Source: an uncultured Verrucomicrobiae bacterium (GTDB taxonomy: Bacteria; Chlamydiota; Chlamydiia; Chlamydiales; Rhabdochlamydiaceae). Taken from it: a stretch of DNA of 64,000 nt. The stretch lies in the NCBI GenBank assembly GCA_963806855.1, contig CAWDYW010000003.1, positions 576,001 to 640,000 on the forward strand. The letters are read 5' to 3'. The notes below the pieces were generated by a model. It searched no databases. It saw only the letters and a list, made by a program, of their open reading frames with translations, and had not been told where the DNA came from. A program made the position numbers and the translations under genes. Below are positions 12,845 to 24,230 of the stretch, piece after piece; positions within the stretch are counted from its first letter, which is position 1; every line of letters starts with the position of its first letter.

Positions 12845-13438
12845 TTACTTGACAATCCCGGAAGCTACAAGAGCCTGGTAGTGGGTGGGGTTTTTCTGGG
12901 AGAGGAACTCGATCAGTTTGGCTTTGATCGGGCGGCCGTAGTCGAGGCCTAATCGCTGGATGAACCTGTTGATCGATTCTTCAGCTTGGGGAATTTTGCT
13001 CATGCTGGTCACCATCAGTTCGATTTCGGCGGTGCGGTAGATGAAATCGTCGAAATAGGCGAGGTCTAAATCGATGGTGAATTCTTCGATCTGATACTTG
13101 CGGCGGACGGTTTGGAAGGTGGCGTAAGGGAAGATTTTCGCATTCACAAGCGCTTTGGTGAGGTCTTTTTCCTTCTCGAGCCCAAGTTTCTGTAGGATTT
13201 GCGATTCGTCTGTTACTTCTTCGTAACGGTCGATCTCTCCCTTCAATCCATTGATGCCCACTTTGAGCTCGAAGCGGCACTCACGCTCGCGGAGCCAGAT
13301 ATCGCTCGTTGTATAACGAAAATCGGAGGTATCAAAATAGGTATCGGTCAAGATGCGAGAGCCAAGGAATTTCCCCACTCGCTCAATGGCTTTGAGGTCG
13401 GCTTCTTTTAGGGCAATCTTCTTTTCTACTTCGATCAT
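12845..13438 (-). CDS. CYTH-domain (triphosphate tunnel) protein
   Basis: N-terminal IEVEKK (ExExK), DTYFDT, WLRER, IDLD, AEIEL; start taken at ATG 13438. Confidence 0.88.
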   Translation of the reverse strand: MIEVEKKIALKEADLKAIERVGKFLGSRILTDTYFDTSDFRYTTSDIWLRERECRFELKVGINGLKGEIDRYEEVTDESQILQKLGLEKEKDLTKALVNAKIFPYATFQTVRRKYQIEEFTIDLDLAYFDDFIYRTAEIELMVTSMSKIPQAEESINRFIQRLGLDYGRPIKAKLIEFLSQKNPTHYQALVASGIVK

Positions 13439-13533
13439 GCAAAGTATCATAACTGTTTTTGGGATTTTTCCTTGAATATTTTTTTCATTTAGATGTAAAA
13501 TTTTCGGTATCAAAGCAAAACAGGAGAAAGCAA

Positions 13534-13986
13534 ATGGCGTATATTGAGTTTAGAGGACAAAAATTTAACTTTGAAGATATAGCACGGTTTTTCAATGGGA
13601 CACCGAAAGAAGAAAAATCTAAGGAGGTTGATCCTTCAGAAGAAAAGGTCAGAGAAGATGTAGGGGAATTCTATCTCATTTCTCGCGATTTCTTTACAGT
13701 CGACCTCAATGAGTTCACAGATAAATATCCGTTCATTTCAGCCGTAGCCGCGTTTGCTCTTGGCTTCTTTGCCTTAATGAACGTGCTTAGTCTTTCTCTT
13801 ACGAATATTGCGACAGGGGCCTTCTTAGGAGTCCTCGCTGTGGCCCTAGGTAAGAGCCTTTGGAGAATGGAAAATGTGTTCTCGAGAGTTTGGACCAATG
13901 CATTCAATGCAACCAAAGCTCCCGAGGAACAAGAGGAAGATGAGCTAGAGCCAGCTCAGCCTGCAAATCCATCAAGAAAGGTTTAA
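13534..13986 (+). CDS. Hypothetical membrane protein with a bilobed hydrophobic segment (Inc-like candidate)
   Basis: AGGAG ribosome-binding site, ATG 13534; about 40-aa two-helix hydrophobic hairpin flanked by charged regions. Confidence 0.6.
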   Translation: MAYIEFRGQKFNFEDIARFFNGTPKEEKSKEVDPSEEKVREDVGEFYLISRDFFTVDLNEFTDKYPFISAVAAFALGFFALMNVLSLSLTNIATGAFLGVLAVALGKSLWRMENVFSRVWTNAFNATKAPEEQEEDELEPAQPANPSRKV

Positions 13987-16207
13987 AAATAGGTCGTCAA
14001 GGGGTCGACATCAACCGAAAGGCGAATGTCCCCCTTCTTTCCAAATTGGGTCCGAAGGGTCTGCACATGACTCAGGATTTGTTGGACTTTCTCCACTTTG
14101 ATTAAGCATTGAAAGCGGTAGTTGCCTTTGATTTTCGAATACCCACAAGGAATTACGGGGTTGATCTCGACGTTCGAGGGCAGGTGATCGATCAGCAGCT
14201 GCCGAAATTTCTTACCTTGGGCTTCGCAGAGGGCCATATCGCTGCCTGAGAAGGAGAATTTGATCAGGTGGGTATAGGGGGGAAGCCGAAGAGCTGGCGC
14301 ACTTGGATCTCTTCATCATAAAATGCTTCAAAATCTTGTTTCGCAGCAAAGGCGATAATCGAATGGTCGGGCAATTGGGTCTGGATCACCACTTCGCCTC
14401 GGAGTTCGCCTCTGCCTGCCCGGCCGGCCACCTGGGTGAGGAGCTGGAAGACGTTTTCGCTGGCGCGGAAGTCGGGAATGTTCAGGCTTCCATCGAGGCC
14501 GATGACTCCGACGAGGGTGACGAGGGGAAAGTGGAGCCCTTTGGCTATCATTTGTGTTCCGATCAAGACATCGGCTTTTCCCGACCGAAATTCTTTAAAG
14601 ATCTTTTCATGGCTCCCTTTGTGGCGGGTGGTATCGGCATCAAGGCGTAAGGTCCGGATGGTTGGGAAGAGGGCATGAAGGGCTCTTTCGACCATTTCGG
14701 TTCCTGCCCCTTTGAATTTCAGGGGACCGTCGGCATGGCACTCGGGGCAGCTGGAGGGAGGGGCTTGCCTGAAGTCGCACAGGTGGCAGGCGAGGATTTT
14801 TTCGCCGAGGTGATAGGTGAGGCTCAGCTCGCAGTGGGGGCAGCCGACGACATAGGAGCAAAGAGGGCACTGGGCTGCGGTGTGATAGCCCCGCCGATTG
14901 AGGAAGAGGAGGGTTTGCTCTCCTTTCTCTAGCCGCTTTTTGATGCCGGTGAGCAGATGATCGGAGAAGAGGGTGAACCCTTTATTTTTTTCAAATTCAT
15001 GGCGCATGTCGACCACTTTTACATCTGGTAAAACCGCTTTGTCGGCCCTTTGAAGGAGTTTGTGCAACTGGTATTTGCCATTCATGGCGTTAAAGTAGCT
15101 TTCAAGGCACGGCGTTGCGCTGCCGAGGATGACAGGACACTTGGTCAATTGCCCGCGGAGGACGGCTACATCGCGCGCATGGTACTTGGGGGTTTCATCG
15201 CTCTGCTTGTAGGAGGCCTCATGCTCTTCATCGACGATGATCATCCCTAGGTGGGGGACTGGGCTAAAGATGGCTGATCTAGCGCCGATCACAATGGTTG
15301 CCAGGCCGCTCCGAATTTTATGCCAGGCATCAAACCTCTCGCCGCTAGAGAGGCGGTGGTGCAAGATGGCGATTTTTTCCCCGCCGAATCGTCCTTTAAA
15401 TCGCTCGATGGTCTGCGAGGTGAGGGCAATCTCGGGGACGAGGTAGATGATCCCTTTCCCTTGCTTGAGAACCTCGTCGATCGCCTGCAAGTAGACTTCG
15501 GTTTTGCCGCTGCCTGTCACTCCATGGATCAGGTGGGTTTGGAAGGTGCCGCAGGTGCTTAGAATCGCCTCGAGGGTCTGTTTTTGCTCGGGGTTGAGGT
15601 TTTTTCTCTTGGTGGGGAAAAATTCATGTTCAAAAATCGGCGATCGATCGACCCGCACCTCTTGTACTTGGAGGATTTGGTGAGCTTGAAGGGTTTTGAT
15701 CGGGCTTTGGGAGACGCCGCTTTTCTCTAGGATTTCGCTCAAAAAAAGGCCTTTGGGAGATTCGAGAAGCTGATCGAGTACTTTGGCTTGCGCGGGGTGT
15801 TTGAGCCGCAATTCTTCGCACAGTACCCTCATTTTTTCTTGGGAAAGGAGCGGTTTGACGAAGCATTGGGTCTTGTGTTTGCTCTTTTCATCGCGAAGGG
15901 ATGGGGTCAGGATGGTCTTGAGCACTTTGCTAAGTGGCGCGCTATAGTATTTTGCGATCCAGCTAGCCAATTTAAATAGCTCTGGAGAAATCAGCGGCTC
16001 TTCGCTCAAAAGCTCGCAGAGCGATTTAACCGAGGAGAAGGGGCTGTGGTTTTTTAGGGCCAAAATTGTCCCTTTGGCCGTTTTGCCGCGCAGGGGAACG
16101 AGTACCCGCATTCCGACTTTCAGATGCTCCATGCCGCTTGGGACAGCGTAATCGAGCGCTCCTTCAATCGAGCTATCTAGGATGACTTCGGCGAAAGATG
16201 ATTGCAT
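13983..16207 (-). CDS. priA: Primosomal helicase PriA (frameshift near 14270)
   Basis: GVTGSGKTEVY, VDEEHE, Cys-rich Zn motifs, GTQMIAKGLHFP, QVAGRAGR; C-terminal VDVDP in a second ORF. Confidence 0.95.
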
Positions 16208-16722
16208 ATTGTGGACCAGAGCAGTTTTTTCTGCTCGGTATTGTTCTGATATGTGGCAATAGATTCAAGGAGAATTTTCCTTTTCGCGGGCACCTCTCGC
16301 TGAGAAATGACCAGTTCAAATTGATCCCAGTTTTCCACATCACCCTGAATCATTTTGACTGGGCAATGGTGTTTTTCAATGGCATTTTTTAGGTTTTTAA
16401 GGAAAGGGAGATCCTCTTGGTTTGCGACGACTATCGCCACGCATCTCAGCACGGGGATCGCTGGAATCAGCTGTAGATGGGGCAAATGCTTTCTGATTTT
16501 GTCAAGCAGGGAGGGGAGCTCTTTTTTCGGTGCGGCGGCTACGGGCGATGGGGGCTGTTTCGGTGCTGGCACAGGAGCAGAAGCAGAAGCTTTGGCTCTG
16601 ATGATGACCGGTTTTACTGGCGGCGGCGTGGGTGTGACCTTGAGATCCTGCCGCAAAAAGGAGAGGGTGTCGGAGACTAATTGGACAAGATCAGCATTCA
16701 TGATTGGATAGCAACCGTTCAA
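16177..16722 (-). CDS. Hypothetical protein (CT779-like position), Pro-rich linker
   Basis: Overlaps the priA start; C-terminal KKLLW..I; the real start may be a few codons downstream. Confidence 0.6.
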   Translation of the reverse strand: MNGCYPIMNADLVQLVSDTLSFLRQDLKVTPTPPPVKPVIIRAKASASAPVPAPKQPPSPVAAAPKKELPSLLDKIRKHLPHLQLIPAIPVLRCVAIVVANQEDLPFLKNLKNAIEKHHCPVKMIQGDVENWDQFELVISQREVPAKRKILLESIATYQNNTEQKKLLWSTICNHLSPKSS

Positions 16723-17308
16723 TTTCGGGAATCAAGGCATTGAATCCTCGATTTTTAAACTCTCGTTGCATCAATTCAGCAAGCGCCCCGAGCCCTTGTG
16801 GAGCCATTTTTTTTAAGAGGCTGGTCAATTTGCAAGGAGAAGCGAGCTCGTCGATCTCATCCTTGTGCTTCAATAAAAACAGGAGCAGGTGTTCGCTTTG
16901 ATTGCACCCGATCAAGAAAGGCTCAAGCAGAGTGTAGAGGAGATTGAGATCGTCAAGCAGATCGCTCTTGCAAATGGGTTCATTTTTTAGTTTCTGCGCG
17001 GTCACTTTAGTGAGGATCTCGCTTAAGCAGATGCGGAATGATGCGATCTCATCTTGAAAATCGGCGAATGCATAGGGCAAGAGCTCGGCATGTTCGCTGA
17101 TTTTGTTGAGACAACCCACTTCGTAGGACCAGTCGTAAGGGAAAAAACAGGCGGGGCTGGAGAAGACAAATTCCAACGGATGATCTTTTTTGTCGGCATC
17201 CATCGCATGGAAAAGTTCCGAGAGGATGAATTGGAGCAGCAGTGGCTGATTGTATCCAACCGTTTTGATCGAGAGGGGGGAGTAAAGGTAAATGTCTGAA
17301 TATGGCAT
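16691..17308 (-). CDS. Hypothetical protein
   Basis: 205-aa ORF co-oriented between ftsY and priA, AGGA ribosome-binding site. Confidence 0.65.
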   Translation of the reverse strand: MPYSDIYLYSPLSIKTVGYNQPLLLQFILSELFHAMDADKKDHPLEFVFSSPACFFPYDWSYEVGCLNKISEHAELLPYAFADFQDEIASFRICLSEILTKVTAQKLKNEPICKSDLLDDLNLLYTLLEPFLIGCNQSEHLLLFLLKHKDEIDELASPCKLTSLLKKMAPQGLGALAELMQREFKNRGFNALIPEIERLLSNHEC

Positions 17309-17334
17309 ATTTCCTACTAAATCAAAGAGTCCAA

Positions 17335-18258
17335 TTATTTACCAGAAAAGAGCGCATCGAGATAGGCCTCCTTGTCAAATGGGATCAGATCGTCGATTTT
17401 TTCGCCAACGCCAACCCACTGAACCGGGATGCCCAATTTTTTATAAATGCTCAGTGCGATTCCCCCCTTCGCCGATCCGTCGAGTTTGGCCAGGATGATG
17501 CCAGTCAGCGGTGTGAACGAATGGAAGACTTCGGCCTGGTCGACCGCATTTTGCCCCGTCGTCGCATCGAGAACAAGGAGGGTTTGATGGGGCGCATCGG
17601 GGACCACTTTTTGAATCACCCGCTGCACCTTTTCCAGTTCTCGCATCAGGTCCGTTTTGTTTTGCAGCCGCCCAGCCGTGTCGATGAGGAGGGTGTCGAT
17701 CCCGCGCGCTTTGGCTGCTGAGACCGCATCGAACGCCACTGCCGCCGGATCGCCGCCAGGTGTCGATTTGATGATGGGGATCCCGAGCCGCTGGGCCCAA
17801 GTAGCAAGTTGGTCGATCGCAGCCGCCCGGAAAGTATCTCCCGCCGCGAGCATGACGTTTTGCCCATCTTCCTTGAGGATATTCGCGAGTTTGGCGATGC
17901 TGGTCGTTTTGCCGCTCCCATTGACCCCAACGATCAAAATGACCTGGGGATTTCCTTTTTTGGGCAGGACTTTTGGGGGAACTTCCATCATCTCTAGGCA
18001 GATGCTGCGGAGGAAAGAGAGGATCTCTTCGGTTGTCGCTTCCCGATTTTTTTTCAGGAAGAGTTTGGTTTCAGCTACAAGCTCTTCGGCGCAAGCGGTT
18101 CCGAGATCCGCCTCATAGAAGATTTGCTCGAGTGAATCGAAGGTCTCCTCATTGAATGGCTTCTGGAAAAGGGTCATGATCCGTCCCGAAATCAGGGAGC
18201 GGGTCTTCGTGAGGGCCTGGCGGATCTTAGAGAAACGGTCTTTTAAAAACTTAAACAT
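17335..18258 (-). CDS. ftsY: SRP receptor GTPase FtsY
   Basis: GVNGSGKTT, DTFRAAA, DTAGR, KLDGSAKGG; start at MFKFLK (18258). Confidence 0.95.
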   Translation of the reverse strand: MFKFLKDRFSKIRQALTKTRSLISGRIMTLFQKPFNEETFDSLEQIFYEADLGTACAEELVAETKLFLKKNREATTEEILSFLRSICLEMMEVPPKVLPKKGNPQVILIVGVNGSGKTTSIAKLANILKEDGQNVMLAAGDTFRAAAIDQLATWAQRLGIPIIKSTPGGDPAAVAFDAVSAAKARGIDTLLIDTAGRLQNKTDLMRELEKVQRVIQKVVPDAPHQTLLVLDATTGQNAVDQAEVFHSFTPLTGIILAKLDGSAKGGIALSIYKKLGIPVQWVGVGEKIDDLIPFDKEAYLDALFSGK

Positions 18259-18316
18259 ATGATGGCTTGCGAAAAGCAATTCTATCAGATATAGAGATTG
18301 AAAAGAAGGAAAACCA

Positions 18317-19477
18317 ATGAATACCCACGAGTACCAAGCCAAAGAGATTTTGATGGAATATGGGATCCCTATCCCCGATTTCGGCGTCGCTTCGAATGAC
18401 AATGAGGTCGATGGGGTGATCGATGACCTGGATCTGACCGAGGCGGTCATCAAAATTCAGGTCCACGCCGGAGGACGAGGCAAAGGTGGGGGAGTGAAAT
18501 TTGCCAAGAGCCCGAAAGAGATCAGAGAGATCTCTGCTAAGCTGCTCGGAATGAAACTAGTCAATAACCAAACAGGTCCTCAAGGAGTGATCGCCCATCA
18601 GGTGCTCATTTCGCGGCCTGCCGAGATCAAAAAAGAGTACTATATTGGGGCCATCATCGACCGAGAGCGGGCCCGTCCCGTGCTGATCGCCTCGCCCGAA
18701 GGAGGGATGGAGATCGAAGAGATCGCCGCGAAGACTCCAGAGAAGATATTGACGCTGCCCATTGGGCTCGATGGTTCGCTTAAGCCCTACCATGCTCTGC
18801 GGCTGACCAATTTCATGGGCTGGAAAAAAGATCAGGCGAAGATGGGGAGAAAAATCGCTCAGGGACTCGCCAAGGCATTCATCGAGACCGACGCCTCGCT
18901 GCTGGAAATCAATCCGCTGATCACCACGCCGCAAGGGGAGCTTTATGCCCTCGATGCCAAACTCTCAGTCGACGACAATGCTCTGTTTCGACAACAAGAG
19001 ATCGCCTCCTTCTACGATCCGACTCAAGTTTCAAAGAGCGAAGTGGCCGCCAAGCAGTTCGATTTGGCCTATATCGCTCTCGACGGCAATATCGGCTGCA
19101 TGGTCAATGGGGCTGGGCTGGCGATGGCGACGATGGACATTATCCACTACTATGGGGGCCATCCTGCCAACTTCCTCGACGTCGGCGGAGGCGCATCGAA
19201 AGAAAAGGTCGCCGAAGGGTTTAAAATCATCCTCTCCGATCCGAAAGTGAAAGCGATCTTGGTCAACATCTTTGGCGGGATCATGGACTGTGCCGTGCTG
19301 GCCGAAGGGATCATCGCCGCCGCGCGCGATTTTGCAATCAAAGTGCCCCTCGTCGTGCGGATGGAGGGGACCAACGTCGATCAGGGGAGAAAGCTCTTGC
19401 GAGATTCAGGATTGGCGATCCTTGCTGCGACCGGGCTGGCAGATGCTGCTGAAAAAGTTGTAGCGGCGGGGAAATAG
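18317..19477 (+). CDS. sucC: Succinyl-CoA synthetase beta subunit
   Basis: [40 protein letters not shown]. Confidence 0.97.
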   Translation: MNTHEYQAKEILMEYGIPIPDFGVASNDNEVDGVIDDLDLTEAVIKIQVHAGGRGKGGGVKFAKSPKEIREISAKLLGMKLVNNQTGPQGVIAHQVLISRPAEIKKEYYIGAIIDRERARPVLIASPEGGMEIEEIAAKTPEKILTLPIGLDGSLKPYHALRLTNFMGWKKDQAKMGRKIAQGLAKAFIETDASLLEINPLITTPQGELYALDAKLSVDDNALFRQQEIASFYDPTQVSKSEVAAKQFDLAYIALDGNIGCMVNGAGLAMATMDIIHYYGGHPANFLDVGGGASKEKVAEGFKIILSDPKVKAILVNIFGGIMDCAVLAEGIIAAARDFAIKVPLVVRMEGTNVDQGRKLLRDSGLAILAATGLADAAEKVVAAGK

Positions 19478-19478
19478 A

Positions 19479-20363
19479 ATGTCGATTCTCATTGGAAAGA
19501 AAACCAAAATCATCACTCAGGGACTCACCGGGCAAGCAGGCCGCTTCCACACCGAACAGTCGATGGCTTATGGCTCCCATTTTGTCGGGGGCGTCACTCC
19601 GGGCAAAGGGGGCGAGAGCGTCTTGGATCTGCCCATTTTCGACACCGTCTATGAGGCCAAAAAACAGACCCACTGCAACGCCTCGCTGATTTTTGTTCCA
19701 GCTCCTTTTGCCGCCGATGCGATTTTAGAGGCAGAAGATGCGGGAGTCGAGTTGATCGTCTGCATCACGGAAGGGATTCCAGTGCGCGATATGCTCGAAG
19801 TGAGCCGGGTGATGAGCATGAGCAAAACCTCCCGCTTGATTGGCCCAAATTGTCCTGGCGTGATTACGGTCGGAGAATGTAAAATGGGGATCATGCCTGG
19901 TTACATTCACAAAAAAGGGAAAGTGGGGATCGTTTCTAAGTCGGGAACACTGACTTACGAAGCTGTTTGGCAGACATCAGAAATGGGCCTGGGACAGACC
20001 ACCTGCGTCGGAATCGGCGGCGACCCGCTCAATGGAACCGACTTCATCGATGTGCTCGAACTCTTCGAGAAGGATCCCGAAACCAAAGCGATATTGCTCA
20101 TCGGGGAAATCGGCGGCAGCGCTGAAGAGCAGGCTGCAGAGTGGATCAAAAAAAATGGAACCAAACCGGTGGCTGCCTTCATCGCCGGCGTCACCGCACC
20201 TCCAGGAAGAAGAATGGGACATGCTGGAGCGATTGTCTCTGGTGGCCAAGGGACCGCGCAAGGAAAAATGGAAGCGCTCAAAAAAGCGGGCGTCGTCGTC
20301 GCTGAGTCTCCAGCCGATATGGGTCTCGCGATGCAAAAAGCGATCGAAAGGTTCAAAAAATGA
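19479..20363 (+). CDS. sucD: Succinyl-CoA synthetase alpha subunit
   Basis: [23 protein letters not shown] phospho-His motif. Confidence 0.97.
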   Translation: MSILIGKKTKIITQGLTGQAGRFHTEQSMAYGSHFVGGVTPGKGGESVLDLPIFDTVYEAKKQTHCNASLIFVPAPFAADAILEAEDAGVELIVCITEGIPVRDMLEVSRVMSMSKTSRLIGPNCPGVITVGECKMGIMPGYIHKKGKVGIVSKSGTLTYEAVWQTSEMGLGQTTCVGIGGDPLNGTDFIDVLELFEKDPETKAILLIGEIGGSAEEQAAEWIKKNGTKPVAAFIAGVTAPPGRRMGHAGAIVSGGQGTAQGKMEALKKAGVVVAESPADMGLAMQKAIERFKK

Positions 20364-21502
20364 TCCATATTCCTGGGAAGATTCCCATTACTATCCATTT
20401 TCTTTTTTGGATCACAGCGGCGCTCATCGGCTTCCTCAATAGCGGCACCTGGCTTGGCACGCTGATTTGGATCTTCGTCATTTTGGTCTCCGTCCTCATT
20501 CACGAAATGGGACACGCCACTACTGCTGTTTTCTTCGGACTGCAACCCCGTATTGAACTCGTTGCGCTCGGAGGACTCACCTACCACCAAGGGGATCGAC
20601 TTCCCTTCTGGAAACAGTTTTTCATCGTACTTAATGGCCCCGTCTTTGGCTTTCTCCTCTTTCTCGTCGCCTGGGGATTGTTGAAGTTTGTCGCTTTACC
20701 AGTGGGCGTATTTAGCAGCGCCGTCAACCTCTTCTTCTGGGTTAACCTTATTTGGACCGTCTTAAATCTCATTCCGGTGATGCCACTCGACGGAGGACAG
20801 CTCTTGCGCATCGTCATGGAGTCTTTCTTCGGCGCAAAGGGCTTCCGCTATAGCCTCGTGATCGGAATGGTGATCGCCGGCGTGATTAGCCTCACCTTTT
20901 TTCTCTACCAGCAATTTTTAATCGGCGCCCTCTTCTTTCTCTTCGCCTTTCAGAGTTGGGATATGTTCCGCCGCCTCAAATTGCTCTCCAATGAAGACCG
21001 AAGCGACCGCTTCAAAGCTGCCCTCGGAGAAGCTGAACGGAATTTGCAGGAAGGAGAGAAGGATAAAGCCCTCTTTGCTTTCGAGCGGATCCGCAATGAA
21101 GCCAAGCAGGGGATGATCCATATGCTTGCGACCCAATATGTCGCCTTTCTTAAATACGATCTTGGCAAAGTCAAAGATGCCTACGATCTGCTCCTGCCCT
21201 TGCGCTCGGAGATATCACCTGAATCACTCTGCCTCTTGCACAAGGCGGCCTATGAGGTGGGCGATTACTTCCTAGTCGAACAGATCGGGCCAGACTGCTT
21301 CCAACTCCTTCCGAGCAAAGAGATTGCCCTCCGTAATGCCCTCGCCTGCGCCATGCAAGGAAAGGCCAAGCCGGCCGTCGGATGGCTAGAAACCTCATTC
21401 CAAGAGGGGCTCGAGGATATCCCCACCCTGGTCAAAGGGAAGGAATTCGATCCTATTCGGGAATCCACTTATTTCCAGCAATTTATGAAGAACCATTCAT
21501 AA
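20360..21502 (+). CDS. Site-2 protease (M50) with a C-terminal TPR-like region
   Basis: HEMGH zinc motif, [11 protein letters not shown], several transmembrane segments. Confidence 0.9.
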   Translation: MIHIPGKIPITIHFLFWITAALIGFLNSGTWLGTLIWIFVILVSVLIHEMGHATTAVFFGLQPRIELVALGGLTYHQGDRLPFWKQFFIVLNGPVFGFLLFLVAWGLLKFVALPVGVFSSAVNLFFWVNLIWTVLNLIPVMPLDGGQLLRIVMESFFGAKGFRYSLVIGMVIAGVISLTFFLYQQFLIGALFFLFAFQSWDMFRRLKLLSNEDRSDRFKAALGEAERNLQEGEKDKALFAFERIRNEAKQGMIHMLATQYVAFLKYDLGKVKDAYDLLLPLRSEISPESLCLLHKAAYEVGDYFLVEQIGPDCFQLLPSKEIALRNALACAMQGKAKPAVGWLETSFQEGLEDIPTLVKGKEFDPIRESTYFQQFMKNHS

Positions 21503-21645
21503 ATAGATCCCACAAGTCAGGACGACGTGAACGTTAGCGTTTGCGGTGCTTCCCCGACTCTGTGGTAAATTAATTTATATCAACGCTATAACTTGAGCAT
21601 AATCCTAAAATTTGGTAAAATATTTAGATACCTAAGAGGGATATA

Positions 21646-22062
21646 ATGAGTGATTTAAATAATTTTAATATCATGAGGGCCGGACAACTCATGGGGGCCA
21701 TTGTGGCATCCGAAGGGCTGTATGATCTTTACACCTCTACTCAAAAGACACATCCAGTTCAAAAAAAAATGTTACAAAAAAAGGGCTTCGACAATTTAGT
21801 CGGAGGAGCCATTGCTTCGGCCCTTTTCTCCCTAGTTCCCCTCAGGATCAATCATTTTCCCACAGCCATCCAACCCTTTCTCACAAAGAATTTGAAACTC
21901 TTCCTCCCTTGCGCGGGCGCAATGATGCTCGCCTATGGTGTGGAGCAAGTGTATAAGGCCTCTCAAGAGAGAGATGAATTTACGAAAGCAAAACTTACCA
22001 AAGAAGGGTTTGGTCAAGCCGTCTTTGGCAGTGCAGCTCTCATCGCCCGCGTCTGGAGCTAA
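21646..22062 (+). CDS. Small membrane protein (array gene A)
   Basis: Ribosome-binding site plus 138-aa hydrophobic ORF. Confidence 0.6.
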   Translation: MSDLNNFNIMRAGQLMGAIVASEGLYDLYTSTQKTHPVQKKMLQKKGFDNLVGGAIASALFSLVPLRINHFPTAIQPFLTKNLKLFLPCAGAMMLAYGVEQVYKASQERDEFTKAKLTKEGFGQAVFGSAALIARVWS

Positions 22063-22065
22063 TCC

Positions 22066-22458
22066 ATGTTAGGTAGAGAGATAGATGCGTATTATGTTAG
22101 CGGTTCCATCTGTACTATGCTCGCTCTCTACAACTTCATCGGCTTTTGTAACTACAATGGTCCTCTAGATCGCCGAATGGTAATGGGCCACAGAGGCGTG
22201 CTATTCACATTTCTTGGTAGTGTATGTGCATTGGAACCAAAATTCGGTGTTGTAAGCCTTATTAAACAAGCAGCAATAAGATTTTGGCTTTCACCGACAA
22301 ATATGACAGTTCTTGCTATAGGGGGGGTGACTGATGTTTATTATTATCACTCTTACAATTCAAGAGATCGACTTGGGACTATCATCACATTAATGCTCGC
22401 TTCTGCAATGTCAGCCACACAATTAGCATTATTTATCTTAACTAATGAAAACTCATGA
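22066..22458 (+). CDS. Small 4-TM protein, paralog B1
   Basis: Shares AYY..G, LEPK.G..SL.KQAAIRFWL and TQLAL.ILTN with B2 and B3. Confidence 0.7.
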   Translation: MLGREIDAYYVSGSICTMLALYNFIGFCNYNGPLDRRMVMGHRGVLFTFLGSVCALEPKFGVVSLIKQAAIRFWLSPTNMTVLAIGGVTDVYYYHSYNSRDRLGTIITLMLASAMSATQLALFILTNENS

Positions 22459-22606
22459 TTGAAATAAACGATATCGCATCCTCCGTAGGTGCAGGATTTT
22501 TAAATTGGGGAGTCTACGATTGTGTAGACGGTAAAGGGGTAAAAAGAGGGGTGCTCCAGCTCGCAGTTGCTGTCGTAGCTCTCATCGCCGCATCTGGAGC
22601 TAACCT

Positions 22607-23023
22607 ATGATGTCCACGGGACAGACAAATGCGTATTATCTTGCAAATGCGTATTATCTTGCTGGTGGAGTCTGTTATACATTCGGTCTCGTGGAGATCC
22701 TCGGCTCTTATTACTCTAGCGGTTCTCTAGACAGCCGAAAGGAAATGTTCTACAGAGGCATGCTATTCACACTTCTGGGTAGTGTATGTGTATTGGAACC
22801 AAAAACCGGTATTGCGAGCCTTGTTAAACAAGCAGCTATAAGATTTTGGCTTTTACCGTCAAATGCGACAGTCCTCATTTTGGCAGGTGTGATCTCCCTT
22901 CATCACCATGCGCGCTCTGGCACTCCGAGAGGACTACTCATGCCTTTCCTCTTATTGTGGTTCGGTTCCACAATGGCAGTCACACAATTAGCATTATTCA
23001 TCTTAACTAATAAAAATGTATGA
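22607..23023 (+). CDS. Small 4-TM protein, paralog B2
   Basis: Same motifs as B1 and B3; 18-bp tandem duplication (NAYYLA x2). Confidence 0.7.
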   Translation: MMSTGQTNAYYLANAYYLAGGVCYTFGLVEILGSYYSSGSLDSRKEMFYRGMLFTLLGSVCVLEPKTGIASLVKQAAIRFWLLPSNATVLILAGVISLHHHARSGTPRGLLMPFLLLWFGSTMAVTQLALFILTNKNV

Positions 23024-23306
23024 TTGAAATAAACGATATCGCAGCCTCCGTAGCTGCAGGATTTTTAAATTGGGGCGTCAAGGAATTCGACCCCATTCGG
23101 GACTCCACTTATTTCCAGCAATTTATGAAGAACCATTCATAAGTTGAGCATAATCCTAAAATTTGCCACAATGATACAATCTCTATATGGATTGTAATGA
23201 GTGATTTAAATAATTTTAATTTCATGAAGGCCGGACAACTCATGGGGGCCATTCTGGCATCTGATTTGGCAGCGCGGCTCTCATCGCCTGGGTCTGGAGC
23301 TCATCC

Positions 23307-23702
23307 ATGTTAGACAGACTAGAGAGAAATGCGTATTATCTTGGCGGTTCAATCTTTATACTCGGTCTCTACAACCTCATCAGCTCTTATTACCCTGACA
23401 CTCCTCTAGATCGCCGAAAGGTAATGTTCCAGAGAGGCATAGGATTCACACTTCTGGGTTGTGTATGTGTATTGGAACCAAAAACCGGTATTGCGAGCCT
23501 TGTTAAACAAGCAGCTATAAGATTTTGGCTTTCACCGACAAATGCGACAGTCCTCATTTTGGCAGGTGTGATCAGCCTTCGTCATTATGCGCGCTCTGGA
23601 AATCCGAGAGGACTACTCGGGCCTTTCCTCGTATTGTGGTTCGGTTCCGTATTGGCAGTCACACAATTAGCATTATTAATTTTAACTAATAAAAACTTAT
23701 GA
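23307..23702 (+). CDS. Small 4-TM protein, paralog B3
   Basis: Near-identical to B2 in the C-terminal half. Confidence 0.7.
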   Translation: MLDRLERNAYYLGGSIFILGLYNLISSYYPDTPLDRRKVMFQRGIGFTLLGCVCVLEPKTGIASLVKQAAIRFWLSPTNATVLILAGVISLRHYARSGNPRGLLGPFLVLWFGSVLAVTQLALLILTNKNL

Positions 23703-24229
23703 TTGAAATAAACGATATCGCATCCTCCATAGGGGCAGGATTTTTAAATTGGGGAGTCTACGATTGTGTAGACGGTAAAGGGGTAAAAAGAGGGGTGCTC
23801 AAGCTCGCAGTTGCTGTCGCAGCCATTGCCATCAGAGTCGGGATGAGTCCACAATCTCCAGAGTTCATCTTACGAGATCTACAAATCCTCGGCGTGACAA
23901 CAGCTGTCTGCTCTGTAATTTCTGCGATAGGTGACACATATGGCGGCCGACTTGGCAGAGCTGCACTGAAACTAGGCGTTGCCGTAGGAGCAGTCACTGG
24001 CTTACAACTCACCGTTTTCCCACAAGAAGAGGTGATGAGCAACTTGCTTACCCTTACGAAAATTGGAGGCTATGTCAGCGCAGCTATGCTGTCCATTTGG
24101 AGCGCGCAGCAGCTTTATAAAGGCTACAGGGGCGATGATGTCGATCTTCTCAAGGGGGGAATTGTGACCGGTATTCTCATCGCCCCGTCGCTTGGGATGT
24201 CACTCGGCATTCGAGCCATCGGTTATTGA
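23699..24229 (+). CDS. Gly/Ala-rich multi-TM hypothetical protein (array gene C)
   Basis: ATGA overlap with B3; 5' end duplicated at 22455 and 23020. Confidence 0.65.
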   Translation: MIEINDIASSIGAGFLNWGVYDCVDGKGVKRGVLKLAVAVAAIAIRVGMSPQSPEFILRDLQILGVTTAVCSVISAIGDTYGGRLGRAALKLGVAVGAVTGLQLTVFPQEEVMSNLLTLTKIGGYVSAAMLSIWSAQQLYKGYRGDDVDLLKGGIVTGILIAPSLGMSLGIRAIGY

Positions 24230-24230
24230 A

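Larger units (their letters stand above)
21440..23820 (+). repeat. Mosaic tandem-duplication region
   Basis: Site-2 protease 3' end (about 21440-21502) recurs at 23080-23142; gene A ends recur at 23197-23305; gene C 5' end at 22455, 23020 and 23699. Confidence 0.85.

Noticed and set aside
18259..18453. Long upstream extension of ftsY (similarly for umuC, the M16 peptidase, CYTH and Ku)
   Set aside because: The extensions overlap neighbouring genes or promoters; family-like sequence starts at the downstream ATG.
21440..24229. Repeats read as a CRISPR array or a diversity-generating retroelement
   Set aside because: The repeats are long coding duplications without regular spacers. There is no cas or reverse transcriptase gene, and no evident adenine-specific variation.
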